24,000 bases of DNA. It comes from Kribbella alba. GTDB taxonomy: Bacteria > Actinomycetota > Actinomycetes > Propionibacteriales > Kribbellaceae. The notes beneath the pieces were generated by a model. The model ran no database searches. It saw only the letters and a list, made by a program, of their open reading frames with translations, and was not told the DNA's origin. The stretch spans positions 130,137 to 154,136 of the forward strand of contig NZ_BAAANE010000003.1 of assembly GCF_039529635.1 (NCBI RefSeq), in the 5' to 3' direction. Position 1 is the first letter of the stretch. Each line of letters begins with the position of its first letter. Both the position numbers and the translations under genes were made by a program. Below are positions 6,986-15,233 of the stretch, one piece after another.

Positions 6986-7615
6986 ATGGCCCGGTTGAGA
7001 ACCCGACAGCGCCGCCCGGTGGCGGACGAGGAGCTCATCCGTACGTTGTGCAACGAGCACGGCAACGCGATGCTCGCCTATGCCACCCGGTTGACCGGCG
7101 ATCGGGCGAGTGCCGAGGACGTCATCCAGGAGGCACTGGTGCGGGCCTGGCGGCATCCCGACAGCCTGACCAACGGCAAGGGCCCGCTGCGCGGGTGGCT
7201 GCTCACGGTCGTGCGGAACATCGTCACGGACCGGGTCCGGGCGCGCAACGCCCGTCCGGCCGAAGTGGCCGAGTCGCCGGCGACCGAGCCAGTCGAACTC
7301 GACCACGCCGACCAGGTGGTGAACACGATGGTGGTTCTAGCGGCCCTGGACCAGCTTTCGCCTGAGCATCGCGTCGTGCTGGAACAGGTCTATTTGCAGG
7401 GGCGCAGCGTCACCGAGGCGGCCGAAGTGCTCGGGATCCCGCCCGGCACGGTGAAATCACGCTCCCACTACGCGCTCCGCGCACTGCGCGAGCGCTTTTC
7501 CGCCCGTCGCGTGGGGATGGAACGAGTGGTGCGAGACGGGCGTCAGCTGCGAACCGCCGGGCACCTCCCGGATGTGGGAGTGGGCCGTGGCGGAGCGCAC
7601 TCCTCTACCCGCTAG
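6986..7615 (+). CDS. ECF-type sigma-70 family RNA polymerase sigma factor
   Basis: ATG 6986 follows GAGAGGTGGA. Region 2 is DRASAEDVIQEALVRAWRH. Region 4 is LSPEHRVVLEQVYLQGRSVTEAAEVLGIPPGTVKSRSHYALRALRERF. The last roughly 38 aa are a non-canonical tail (see findings). Confidence 0.8.
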   Translation: MARLRTRQRRPVADEELIRTLCNEHGNAMLAYATRLTGDRASAEDVIQEALVRAWRHPDSLTNGKGPLRGWLLTVVRNIVTDRVRARNARPAEVAESPATEPVELDHADQVVNTMVVLAALDQLSPEHRVVLEQVYLQGRSVTEAAEVLGIPPGTVKSRSHYALRALRERFSARRVGMERVVRDGRQLRTAGHLPDVGVGRGGAHSSTR

Positions 7616-7730
7616 CAGGAACCCCTACTGGGTGCGAGCCGCAATCTCTGTCTCCTTCTTGAACCAGGCCGTTGGATCCCCGCGTGTGGAGGGTGTGTCA
7701 ACTGTTCAACACATCAAGGAGAAACCTGAG

Positions 7731-8312
7731 ATGAAACGTATCGCCTTCGTCGTCGGCACCGCGGTGGTCGGACTGTCCACCCTGACCGCCTGCGGCGGCA
7801 GCACCAATGCCTCCTCTCCCGTCTCGCAGAACACTCCCAGTGCATCGGCGCCGGCAACCGCCAGCCCGTCAGCGCCGGCCACCACTGGCGCGGCCAACCT
7901 GTCCACGGCCACCGTGGGGAACTTTGGCAAGATAGTTGTCGACGGCACCGGTCGCACGCTGTACGTGTACGACCTGGACACCGCGAAGCCCTCGAAGTCG
8001 AACTGCAACGGCTCGTGCGCGACGGCTTGGCCACCGCTGCTGGCCGGCACCGGTACGCCGCAGGTGAGCGGGGTATCCGCCTCACTGGTGGGCACGGTGA
8101 CTCGTTCGGACGGCACCAAGCAGGTCACTCTCGCCGGGTCGCCGCTCTACTACTTCGCCAACGACGCCAAGGCCGGTGACGCGAGCGGCCAGGCCGTCGG
8201 CGGGATCTGGTGGGTCGTCGGCGCGAACGGCCAGAAGATCACCACCCCGGCCTCCCCGAGCAACTCCCCGAGCAGCCCCCCGAGTAGCTCCTCCGGATAC
8301 TCCGGCTACTGA
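7731..8312 (+). CDS. Secreted lipoprotein with two COG4315/PF03640-type repeats (Y.Y/F..D motif)
   Basis: ATG 7731 lies 9 nt after AAGGAG. Signal peptide with lipobox LSTLTAC. Repeats are GRTLYVYDLD...C.GSCATAWPP and GSPLYYFANDAKAGDASGQAVGGIWWVV. The tail is Ser/Pro-rich. Confidence 0.75.
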   Translation: MKRIAFVVGTAVVGLSTLTACGGSTNASSPVSQNTPSASAPATASPSAPATTGAANLSTATVGNFGKIVVDGTGRTLYVYDLDTAKPSKSNCNGSCATAWPPLLAGTGTPQVSGVSASLVGTVTRSDGTKQVTLAGSPLYYFANDAKAGDASGQAVGGIWWVVGANGQKITTPASPSNSPSSPPSSSSGYSGY

Positions 8313-8577
8313 TTCGATGAGCCAGCTCGACCGGCTACGGCCGCCCGAGGGTCCACGGAGAAGACCTCGGTGGGGCATCGGGCCGCCGTCCGGAGCGAGC
8401 CGTCGCGCGCTGATCTGCTCGCTCTACGCCGGGGCCGGTCCGTGCCAGGTGCCGCGGCACGTCGTCACCGATCGGCCCCCGGGTTCGGCCCGGCCAGTGC
8501 ATCTGACGAGATTCGAGGGCACGAGGATGGCTGACAGACCGGTCCGCGACAACCAGATCACAGTGGGCTGGTAGCGG

Positions 8578-9648
8578 ATGCTTTCCACTACAGCTGCCGG
8601 CGGTGCTCGGGAAGCGCTGCGCAGGTTGGGCCGCAGCAGCCTCGATCCGCAAGGGTTCCTGTACGAGGTGTCGGCCCTCATCCGCCGCACGGTTCCCAAC
8701 GACGTCTCCGGGTGGATGACGCTGGATCCGGACACGCTGCTCTCCAGTGGCACGCTCGTGACCCAGAAGTCGCCAGAACTCGATCGCGCCTTGTGGCGCA
8801 ACGAATTGCTGCAGGACGGCGAGGTGCACAAGCTGGCTGAGCTCGCGACGCGGCGGTCGCCCGTCGCTGCGTTGAGCGAGCTCGATGCCGCGACCGCGGC
8901 GAACAGTCCGCGCGTTCAGCAGATCCTTCGCCCGGCCGGGATCGGCGACGGGTTGAGAGCCATGTTGCGTTCTGGCGGATCGACCTGGGGGCACGGCGCG
9001 ATCTACCGGGAGCTCGGTGCTCGCGACTTCGACTCCGACGAACGGACGTTCCTGGCGGCGATCGCCGATGACATCGCCGAGGGCTTGCGGCGGAGTCTGT
9101 CCCGTCGACCGGAGCCCGGCGGCGCCGCAGTCGTCGTCCCGGGTGTAGTGGCCTTCGATGCTCAGGGCCGGGTCGTTTCAGCAACTGCCGAGGCGAGCCG
9201 GGTGATAGCGCTCATGCCGGGTGATGCCACCTCGACGCTTTATGCCGTAGCGATCGCGGCCGGCCTTCGCGACCGCGCGTCGGCGCGGGTGCGCCTGACC
9301 GACGGCCGGTGGCTGCTGGCCCAGGGCGGGCGAATGCACGGCGCCCCGAACGACCGCCTGTGGGTAACGCTCACGCTCGTGCAGGTCCCGCGTGCAGACC
9401 TCACCTCGCTGCTGCTTCGCCTGCACACACTCAGCGCACGTCAGCGTGAGGTGGCCGAGCTACTGATGAGCGGCCCTCGGACAGACGAGATCGCGGCGCA
9501 GCTTCACATCTCGCAGCACACCTTGCACGATCACGTGAAAGCGATCTTCGCCAAGCTCGGAGTCCAAGGCCGCGCCGAGCTGATGGCCTTGGTCACGGAC
9601 TATGTCCAGCCGGACCTCTCGACCAACCTGCACAGTTCCCCCAGGTAG
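8578..9648 (+). CDS. LuxR-family transcriptional regulator (N-terminal sensor-like domain plus C-terminal GerE/LuxR HTH)
   Basis: The C-terminal sequence LSARQREVAELLMSGPRTDEIAAQLHISQHTLHDHVKAIFAKLGVQGRAELMALV is a canonical LuxR HTH. Confidence 0.8.
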   Translation: MLSTTAAGGAREALRRLGRSSLDPQGFLYEVSALIRRTVPNDVSGWMTLDPDTLLSSGTLVTQKSPELDRALWRNELLQDGEVHKLAELATRRSPVAALSELDAATAANSPRVQQILRPAGIGDGLRAMLRSGGSTWGHGAIYRELGARDFDSDERTFLAAIADDIAEGLRRSLSRRPEPGGAAVVVPGVVAFDAQGRVVSATAEASRVIALMPGDATSTLYAVAIAAGLRDRASARVRLTDGRWLLAQGGRMHGAPNDRLWVTLTLVQVPRADLTSLLLRLHTLSARQREVAELLMSGPRTDEIAAQLHISQHTLHDHVKAIFAKLGVQGRAELMALVTDYVQPDLSTNLHSSPR

Positions 9649-9739
9649 GGGATTAACCAAGCCCGCTTGACGATCAACGATTCAACTAACAGGTTTCGCG
9701 CCGGCCTCGCCCGGCACAACCCGAAGGAGAACAGGAAAC

Positions 9740-10858
9740 ATGATCGGAAAGCGTCTACCCGGAATGGTGCTCGCAGCCGCTGCCGTGACCTCGGCCGCGC
9801 TCGTCGCCACCGGACCCGCTGTCGCAGCGCCGTACCAGCAACCACACCGTCCGGCGCCGGTGCATGGTGTGGTGCACGGTGTGACCCAGACGAACCTGGT
9901 GTCCGACCAGCCGGGAAAAGCCCAGCTCACCGACCCCAACCTGGTGAACGCATGGGGCATGTCCCGTGGCGCTGACACGCCCGTTTGGGTGTCCGACACC
10001 AACACGGGCGTCTCGACGTTGTACTCCGGTGCGGTCAAGGGCAGCCCGGTCGTGGCCGCACCCGCGGGCAAGCAGTTGGTTGTCAAGGTGCCCGGCGGCC
10101 CGGTCACCGGCCAGACCTTCAACAGCGCGTCGTCCGGTTTTGTCGTGCCGGGCACCCACGCGTCGGCCAACTTCATCTTCGCCACCATCGGCGGAACCAT
10201 CGCCGCGTGGAACGGCGCGGCCGGCACTCAGGCGGTAACTGTCGCCACCACTCGCGGCGCCATTTACACCGGCCTCACCGAGGTATCAAGCCGGTTCGGT
10301 CCGCTACTGCTGGCGGCCAACTTCCACAACAACAGCGTCGATGTCTTCAATTCCTCGTTCCACAAGATCAATGCGGCAAGCATGTTCCGTGACCGGTCGC
10401 TGCCACGCGGCTACGCACCCTTCAACGTCCAGGTCCTCGGCAACGCTGTCTACGTGGCCTTCGCCAAGCAGGACGCCGACAAGCAGGACACCGCGGACGG
10501 CGCTGGTCACGGCTTCGTCGACCGGTTCACGACCATCGGCACCAACGAGCAGCGGGTCGCGTCTGCCGGCGCCCTGAACTCACCGTGGGGGCTGGAGATC
10601 GCACCACAGAAGTTCGGCAAATTCTCCAACGACCTGCTCGTCGGCAACTTCGGAGACGGGACGATCCACGCCTACAACCCGCACAGCGGCCGGTTCCTGG
10701 GCACCCTCACCGACACCAAGGGCCACGTGATCAAGATCGAGCGGCTGTGGAGCCTGCTGACCGGTGACGCTGTCGCCGGTGGGCCGAACTCGGTCTGGTT
10801 CAGCGCCGGACCCAACGACGAGCAGCACGGTCTGCTGGGCATCCTGACCGCCCGCTGA
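9740..10858 (+). CDS. Secreted TIGR03118-family protein (predicted beta-propeller), function unknown
   Basis: AAGGAG at 9724-9729 precedes the ATG. Signal peptide ends ...GPAVAAP. Motifs: QTNLVSDQPGKAQLTDPNLVNAWGMS, PVWVSDTNTGVSTLY, GYAPFNVQVLG, LNSPWGLEIAP..FG, LLVGNFGDGTIHAYNP and GPNDEQHGLLG. They match my recollection of TIGR03118. Confidence 0.7.
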   Translation: MIGKRLPGMVLAAAAVTSAALVATGPAVAAPYQQPHRPAPVHGVVHGVTQTNLVSDQPGKAQLTDPNLVNAWGMSRGADTPVWVSDTNTGVSTLYSGAVKGSPVVAAPAGKQLVVKVPGGPVTGQTFNSASSGFVVPGTHASANFIFATIGGTIAAWNGAAGTQAVTVATTRGAIYTGLTEVSSRFGPLLLAANFHNNSVDVFNSSFHKINAASMFRDRSLPRGYAPFNVQVLGNAVYVAFAKQDADKQDTADGAGHGFVDRFTTIGTNEQRVASAGALNSPWGLEIAPQKFGKFSNDLLVGNFGDGTIHAYNPHSGRFLGTLTDTKGHVIKIERLWSLLTGDAVAGGPNSVWFSAGPNDEQHGLLGILTAR

Positions 10859-10863
10859 CAAGC

Positions 10864-10900
10864 TCGCTGGTCCCCGGACGACGGCCACGGGGACCAGCGA
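10864..10900 (+). terminator. Strong stem-loop between the TIGR03118 gene and the GMC oxidoreductase gene (terminator or attenuator candidate, no U-tract)
   Basis: TCGCTGGTCCCCG (10864-10876) pairs perfectly with CGGGGACCAGCGA (10888-10900). The stem is 13 bp with an 11-nt loop and begins 6 nt after the stop codon. Confidence 0.45.
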
Positions 10901-10921
10901 CACGGGACCATAGGAGATGCA

Positions 10922-12427
10922 ATGCGGAGTTATGAGTACGTGGTGGTGGGCGGTGGCACTGCGGGATGCGTGCTGGCGGCACGGCTGTCGGAGGACGGCG
11001 TACGGGTGTTGCTTCTCGAGGCGGGTAACGCGCGGCCGCTGGAGTCGATGGCGGTCCCGCCGGCATGGCCTAGCCTGATGGGATCCACAGCCGACTGGGC
11101 TGACCAGACCGTGCCTCAGCAAGCCACTGGCACTCGCGTGGCCTGGCCGCGCGGCCGCGGGCTGGGCGGGTCCTCGTCCATCAACGCGATGAACTTCGTG
11201 CGTGGGCATCGAGCGAGCTACGACGCCTGGGTCACCGCAGATGCGAAGGGTTGGGGCTTCGACGACTTGTTGCCGGCCTTCAAACGCAGCGAACACACCG
11301 AAGGGCGCGATCCCATGGTCCGCGGTGTCGGTGGCCCGCTGAGACCTGGGCCTGCCGTCCAGCGGCATCCCATCGCGGAGGCCGGCCTGGAGGCAGCCGA
11401 GCAAGCCGGTTTCCCGATTGCGCGGGACATCAGCGGCGGCCTGGAGGAGGGCTTCGCATTCTGCGACCTGAGCATCGTTGACGGTCGCCGCCAAAGCGCG
11501 GCGGATGCCTATCTCACCCCGATCCTGAGCCGGCCGAACCTGGATGTGGTCACCGACGCGCTGGTAGATCGGCTGCTGATGGACGGCGACCGATGCAGGG
11601 GACTGGAGTATCACGTAGGCGCCGGCACCTCCGTCGCTGAATGTACGGGTGAGGTCGTGCTCGCGGCGGGCACCATCGGCACGCCGCAACTGCTGATGCT
11701 GTCCGGGATCGGGCCGGCGGATCATCTGGAGGACCTCGGTATCGAGGTGGTTGCGGACCTGCCCGGCGTCGGCGCGAACCTGCACGACCATCCAATGTGC
11801 GGACTGGTCTACGAGTCCGCACAGCCGGTGCCGCATGGGATCAACAACCACGGCGAGGTCCAGGGCCTGCTCAGCACCGGGATCGGGGGGCACGGCCCGG
11901 ATGTGCAGATCATGTTCGTGGACGTTCCGCTGCGTGCGGAGTCGTTGCCGGGTCCCGCTATCGGTCACGGCTACGCCATCATGGTCTCGCTGATGGCGCC
12001 CTTCAGTCGCGGTTCCCTTCGCTTGGCCGGGATCAGCCCTGGTGCACATCCGTTGATCGATCCCGCGTACTACACCGACCAGCGTGACGTCGACATCGTG
12101 GTTGCAGGACTGCGCATCGCCCGCGAGATCGGCGCCGCGCCGGCCTTGTCCCCGTGGTGCGGTAGGGAGGCGCTACCCGGACCGGATGTGCGTGGCGAAG
12201 AACTGCGGAGCTACATCAGGTCGAACCTCCGCAGCTACTCGCACTACGCCGGAACCTGCGCCGTCGGTACCGATGATCGGTCCGTGGTCGACACCAGCCT
12301 GCACGTACACGGCATCAGCAACCTGAGGGTCGCCGACGCGTCGGTGATGCCCTCTCCGATCTCCGCCAACACCAACGCAACCGTCTACGCGATTGCCGAG
12401 CGAGCAGCGGAACTCATCCGTTCGTGA
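10922..12427 (+). CDS. GMC family FAD-dependent oxidoreductase (choline-dehydrogenase-like)
   Basis: N-terminal YEYVVVGGGTAGCVLAARLSED..VLLLEAG, then the GGSSSINAM signature, and a C-terminal SNLRVADASVMP....NTNATVYAIAERAAELI. Confidence 0.9.
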   Translation: MRSYEYVVVGGGTAGCVLAARLSEDGVRVLLLEAGNARPLESMAVPPAWPSLMGSTADWADQTVPQQATGTRVAWPRGRGLGGSSSINAMNFVRGHRASYDAWVTADAKGWGFDDLLPAFKRSEHTEGRDPMVRGVGGPLRPGPAVQRHPIAEAGLEAAEQAGFPIARDISGGLEEGFAFCDLSIVDGRRQSAADAYLTPILSRPNLDVVTDALVDRLLMDGDRCRGLEYHVGAGTSVAECTGEVVLAAGTIGTPQLLMLSGIGPADHLEDLGIEVVADLPGVGANLHDHPMCGLVYESAQPVPHGINNHGEVQGLLSTGIGGHGPDVQIMFVDVPLRAESLPGPAIGHGYAIMVSLMAPFSRGSLRLAGISPGAHPLIDPAYYTDQRDVDIVVAGLRIAREIGAAPALSPWCGREALPGPDVRGEELRSYIRSNLRSYSHYAGTCAVGTDDRSVVDTSLHVHGISNLRVADASVMPSPISANTNATVYAIAERAAELIRS

Positions 12428-12461
12428 CCAGCGACGGATGGTCTACAAGGGAGCCAACAAC

Positions 12462-12653
12462 ATGAGGAAAAGTCTGTGGGTCGTCGTCGGTGGTGTGGTG
12501 GCAGTCCTGGGGCTGCTCTTCACCCTGCAGGGCACCGGCGTCATCGGCGGCAGCGCGATGAGTGGAAACACCTTCTGGGCGGTGGCCGGACCGATCATCA
12601 TCGTGATCGGACTGGTAGTGGCTGCGGCGGGAGTCAGGGGACGAGGTCGGTGA
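12462..12653 (+). CDS. Small membrane protein (63 aa, two predicted TM helices)
   Basis: ATG 12462 follows AAGGGAG. The product is MRKSLWVVVGGVVAVLGLLFTLQG...FWAVAGPIIIVIGLVVAAAGVRGRGR. Confidence 0.5.
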   Translation: MRKSLWVVVGGVVAVLGLLFTLQGTGVIGGSAMSGNTFWAVAGPIIIVIGLVVAAAGVRGRGR

Positions 12654-13133
12654 GGTGTCGGTTGTGTCCGGGGGCCGATGGTGAGCGAACGGCAGTGGGA
12701 GCGTGTCCAGAGCTACATCCGGCGCGGTGTCGAGGAAGGCGCCCGGATCGTCGTTGGCGGACCCGGCCGCCCCGAGGGACTAGCGGACGGATATTTCGTG
12801 CGGCCGACACTGTTCGCGGACGTCACCAACGACATGACGATCGCCCGCGAGGAAATCTTCGGACCGGTGCTGTCGATCCTCACCTATCGCGACGAGGATC
12901 ACGCGGTTGAGATCGCCAACGACACCGACTACGGCCTGCATGCCTATGTGTTTTCGTCGGACATCGCGCGAGCGCATCGCATCGCGTCGCGGCTTGAGGC
13001 GGGCCGGGTGGCGATCAACGGTGGCTTTGAGCCGCTGTCCCCGTTCGGGGGGTTCAAGCAGTCGGGCATTGGGCGGGAATACGGCACCTTCGGTCTTGAG
13101 GGCTTTCTCGAACCGCGGTCTGTGATGGCCTGA
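12654..13133 (+). pseudogene. Aldehyde dehydrogenase, C-terminal third only (5'-truncated remnant)
   Basis: The frame opens directly after the in-frame TGA at 12651-12653. It reads [24 protein letters not shown]...[10 protein letters not shown]...GLHAYVFS...[15 protein letters not shown], which are ALDH C-terminal motifs. The roughly 320 aa that include the catalytic Cys region are absent. Confidence 0.75.
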
Positions 13134-13213
13134 CTTGCATGCCCCGGCCTGGCCCTTGTCCTCCGCTGAGCCGTGACCGCACCGTTGAGCCGGTCGCCCG
13201 CCGCTGACCTGGT

Positions 13214-14404
13214 TCAGCGCGCTGGGCGGCCGTCGACGGTGTAGAGGCCTTCGACGCGTGGTGAACCGGACTGGATACCGGAAACCGGGGCCACCAGGCT
13301 GCGGGTGTAGAAGGCTTGGGCGCGGAAACAGAACAGGACAGAATCGCCCGGACGCAAGGTTCGACCCTCCGTTTGCGCGAGCCGGCCGTAGAAGTCGATC
13401 ACCTGGTGGTTCTGGCTCAGGGCTGCGTCCACGGACTGCTTGACGGCTCTCTCGAAGTCGGGGCCCACCAGCGCCTGCGGTTGATAATCCACCGAACCGA
13501 TGCACAGGTAGAGTCCACCGCCGAAGCAGAACGCCGCATCGCCGTCGAGGTGGGACACCTCACTCAGATACAGCATCGCCGGACGCTCGGGAAGTTCGGC
13601 GAAAGCGTGGTAGGCACCGGTGGCGGTGAAGCCGTGACCTGGCTCTACCTGCGTGACCCCGGCGTTCGCCAAAGTGGCAAGGGTCTCTGTCGAGGTCTCA
13701 CCCGGACCGTTGACGCTGAGCCCGCTCCGGCCGCCCCGGCGCAGGCGCTCAATCGTGCGTTCCAGCGTGCCAAGATTCGGCGTCGGCACCACCTTGCGGG
13801 CCACCCGGTCGAAGGTCAACGCAGGATAGGTGGTGATCCCGCCGAAGTGACCGCCGTCCAGGGCGTCGAACCGATCGGCGACAGCCTCGATCTCGTCGGC
13901 ATCGAAGCCGCCTGCGTGGGTCTCGATCACCATCCCGTCCAGGTCATACACCCGTGCCAGCAGTCGCTGGTCCAGGCCGGCGGCGCCGGCCGCCGCGGCG
14001 GCTTCCTCGGCCTTGGTGTCGCTGAACACCGTCCAGTTCTGCGGTCGCATGGCGGCCGCGGCCGGTGCCTCGTGCCGGGGGATCTGGACCAGGTGGCCGA
14101 CGTGCCCCACCGGTTGCCCCGCGCGGTCGATCGCCCGGGCGCAGGTCATGTCGACTGCGACGAAGGAATCCACGCCGTTCTTCTTCAGGGTGTCCAGCGC
14201 GACCGGGTTCCGGCCGAACTGCTTGGTCATCGCGATGACGTCGAGTCCCAGCCGGTGCGCCTCCGAGCAGAGCGTCTCCGCGTTCGTCCCGAGCATGTCC
14301 AGGTCGATGACGTAGGTGTCGGGGGGCAGCTCACCGGACTGGTGGAGCTCGATCGCCGCGCGGGCGAACGCCGGGTTCTGCGCGACGAGGTTCTTGAGGA
14401 ACAT
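13214..14404 (-). CDS. YhfX-like PLP-dependent enzyme (alanine-racemase-N fold, type III), paralogue 1
   Basis: GAAGGGA ribosome-binding site before ATG 14404. Motifs match my recollection of E. coli YhfX: MFLKNLVAQNPAF, AMTKQFGRNP (putative PLP lysine), GHVGHLVQIPR, VEPGHGFT and SGIQSGSPRVEG. Confidence 0.7.
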   Translation of the reverse strand: MFLKNLVAQNPAFARAAIELHQSGELPPDTYVIDLDMLGTNAETLCSEAHRLGLDVIAMTKQFGRNPVALDTLKKNGVDSFVAVDMTCARAIDRAGQPVGHVGHLVQIPRHEAPAAAAMRPQNWTVFSDTKAEEAAAAAGAAGLDQRLLARVYDLDGMVIETHAGGFDADEIEAVADRFDALDGGHFGGITTYPALTFDRVARKVVPTPNLGTLERTIERLRRGGRSGLSVNGPGETSTETLATLANAGVTQVEPGHGFTATGAYHAFAELPERPAMLYLSEVSHLDGDAAFCFGGGLYLCIGSVDYQPQALVGPDFERAVKQSVDAALSQNHQVIDFYGRLAQTEGRTLRPGDSVLFCFRAQAFYTRSLVAPVSGIQSGSPRVEGLYTVDGRPAR

Positions 14405-14435
14405 GGTTTTCCCTTCAGCAGCAGGCGGCTGCGGC

Positions 14436-15233
14436 TCAGACGTCCGCTTCCTGTAGGCCGGTGATCATCGAGACGATCTCGTTCTTGTGGGTTTCCGCGG
14501 TGACCCGGGTGCCGATCTGGTTGCCACGACGCAGTACGGCGATCCGGTCAGCGATCCGGAACACCTGGTCCAGGTTGTGGCTCACCACCAAGACAGCCGC
14601 ACCTCGCTCACGCAGCCGCAGGATGAGTTCCTCCACCTTGGCGGTCTCGGCCACACCCAGTGCCGCGGTCGGCTCGTCCATCAGCACCAGGCTGCTGGCC
14701 CAGTGGGTGGCGCGGCAGATCGCGATGCCCTGACGCTGACCACCGGACAGTGCGCTGATGGTCACCCTGGCGGACGGGATGCGGACGTCGAGTGTGTCCA
14801 CCAGCGTCTGGGTCTCCCGGGCCATCCTCTTGCGGTCGAGCAGCCGCAGCGGTCCCTTCACCAGTTCGCGGCCGAGGAACATGTTCATGTAGACCGGCTG
14901 GTCGTCGACCAGGGCGAGGTCCTGGTAGACCACCTCGACGCCCTTGCGGCGGGCGTCCGAAGCGTCGGTGAAGGAAACCTGCTCGCCACCGAGCCAGATC
15001 TCGCCCTCGCTCGGTTTGTAGAGGCCCGAGATCATCTTCACCAGGGTGGATTTGCCCGCTCCGTTGTCGCCGACCAGTGCGACGATCTCGCCCGCGGCGA
15101 CCTCGAGGTCGAACCGCCGGACCGCGACCACGCCACCGAAGTGCTTCGCCAGTCCGATCAGCCGCAACGGCGGCACGGACGGATCCGCCACCGCGGTCGT
15201 CCCGACCAGCTCAAGGTTCTCTGCCATGGTCAC
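14436..15233 (-). CDS. ABC transporter ATP-binding protein, single nucleotide-binding domain (sugar/CUT2-like, FrcA-type size)
   Basis: Walker A GDNGAGKST, signature LSGGQRQ, Walker B LVLMDEPTAAL, H-loop VVSHNL. GTG 15233 overlaps the upstream stop (GTGA). ATG 15227 is an alternative start. Confidence 0.9.
   Translation of the reverse strand: MTMAENLELVGTTAVADPSVPPLRLIGLAKHFGGVVAVRRFDLEVAAGEIVALVGDNGAGKSTLVKMISGLYKPSEGEIWLGGEQVSFTDASDARRKGVEVVYQDLALVDDQPVYMNMFLGRELVKGPLRLLDRKRMARETQTLVDTLDVRIPSARVTISALSGGQRQGIAICRATHWASSLVLMDEPTAALGVAETAKVEELILRLRERGAAVLVVSHNLDQVFRIADRIAVLRRGNQIGTRVTAETHKNEIVSMITGLQEADV

Noticed and set aside
8335-8994. 219-aa minus-strand ORF, and the 132-aa plus-strand ORF (8176-8574) in the lipoprotein/LuxR spacer
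   Set aside because: Both overlap supported genes in other frames and have low-complexity Arg/Pro composition. The 265-nt spacer shows no convincing gene.
10580-12049. 489-aa minus-strand ORF
   Set aside because: It is entirely antisense to the TIGR03118 3' end and the GMC oxidoreductase, whose motifs are unambiguous. Its composition is that of a shadow frame.
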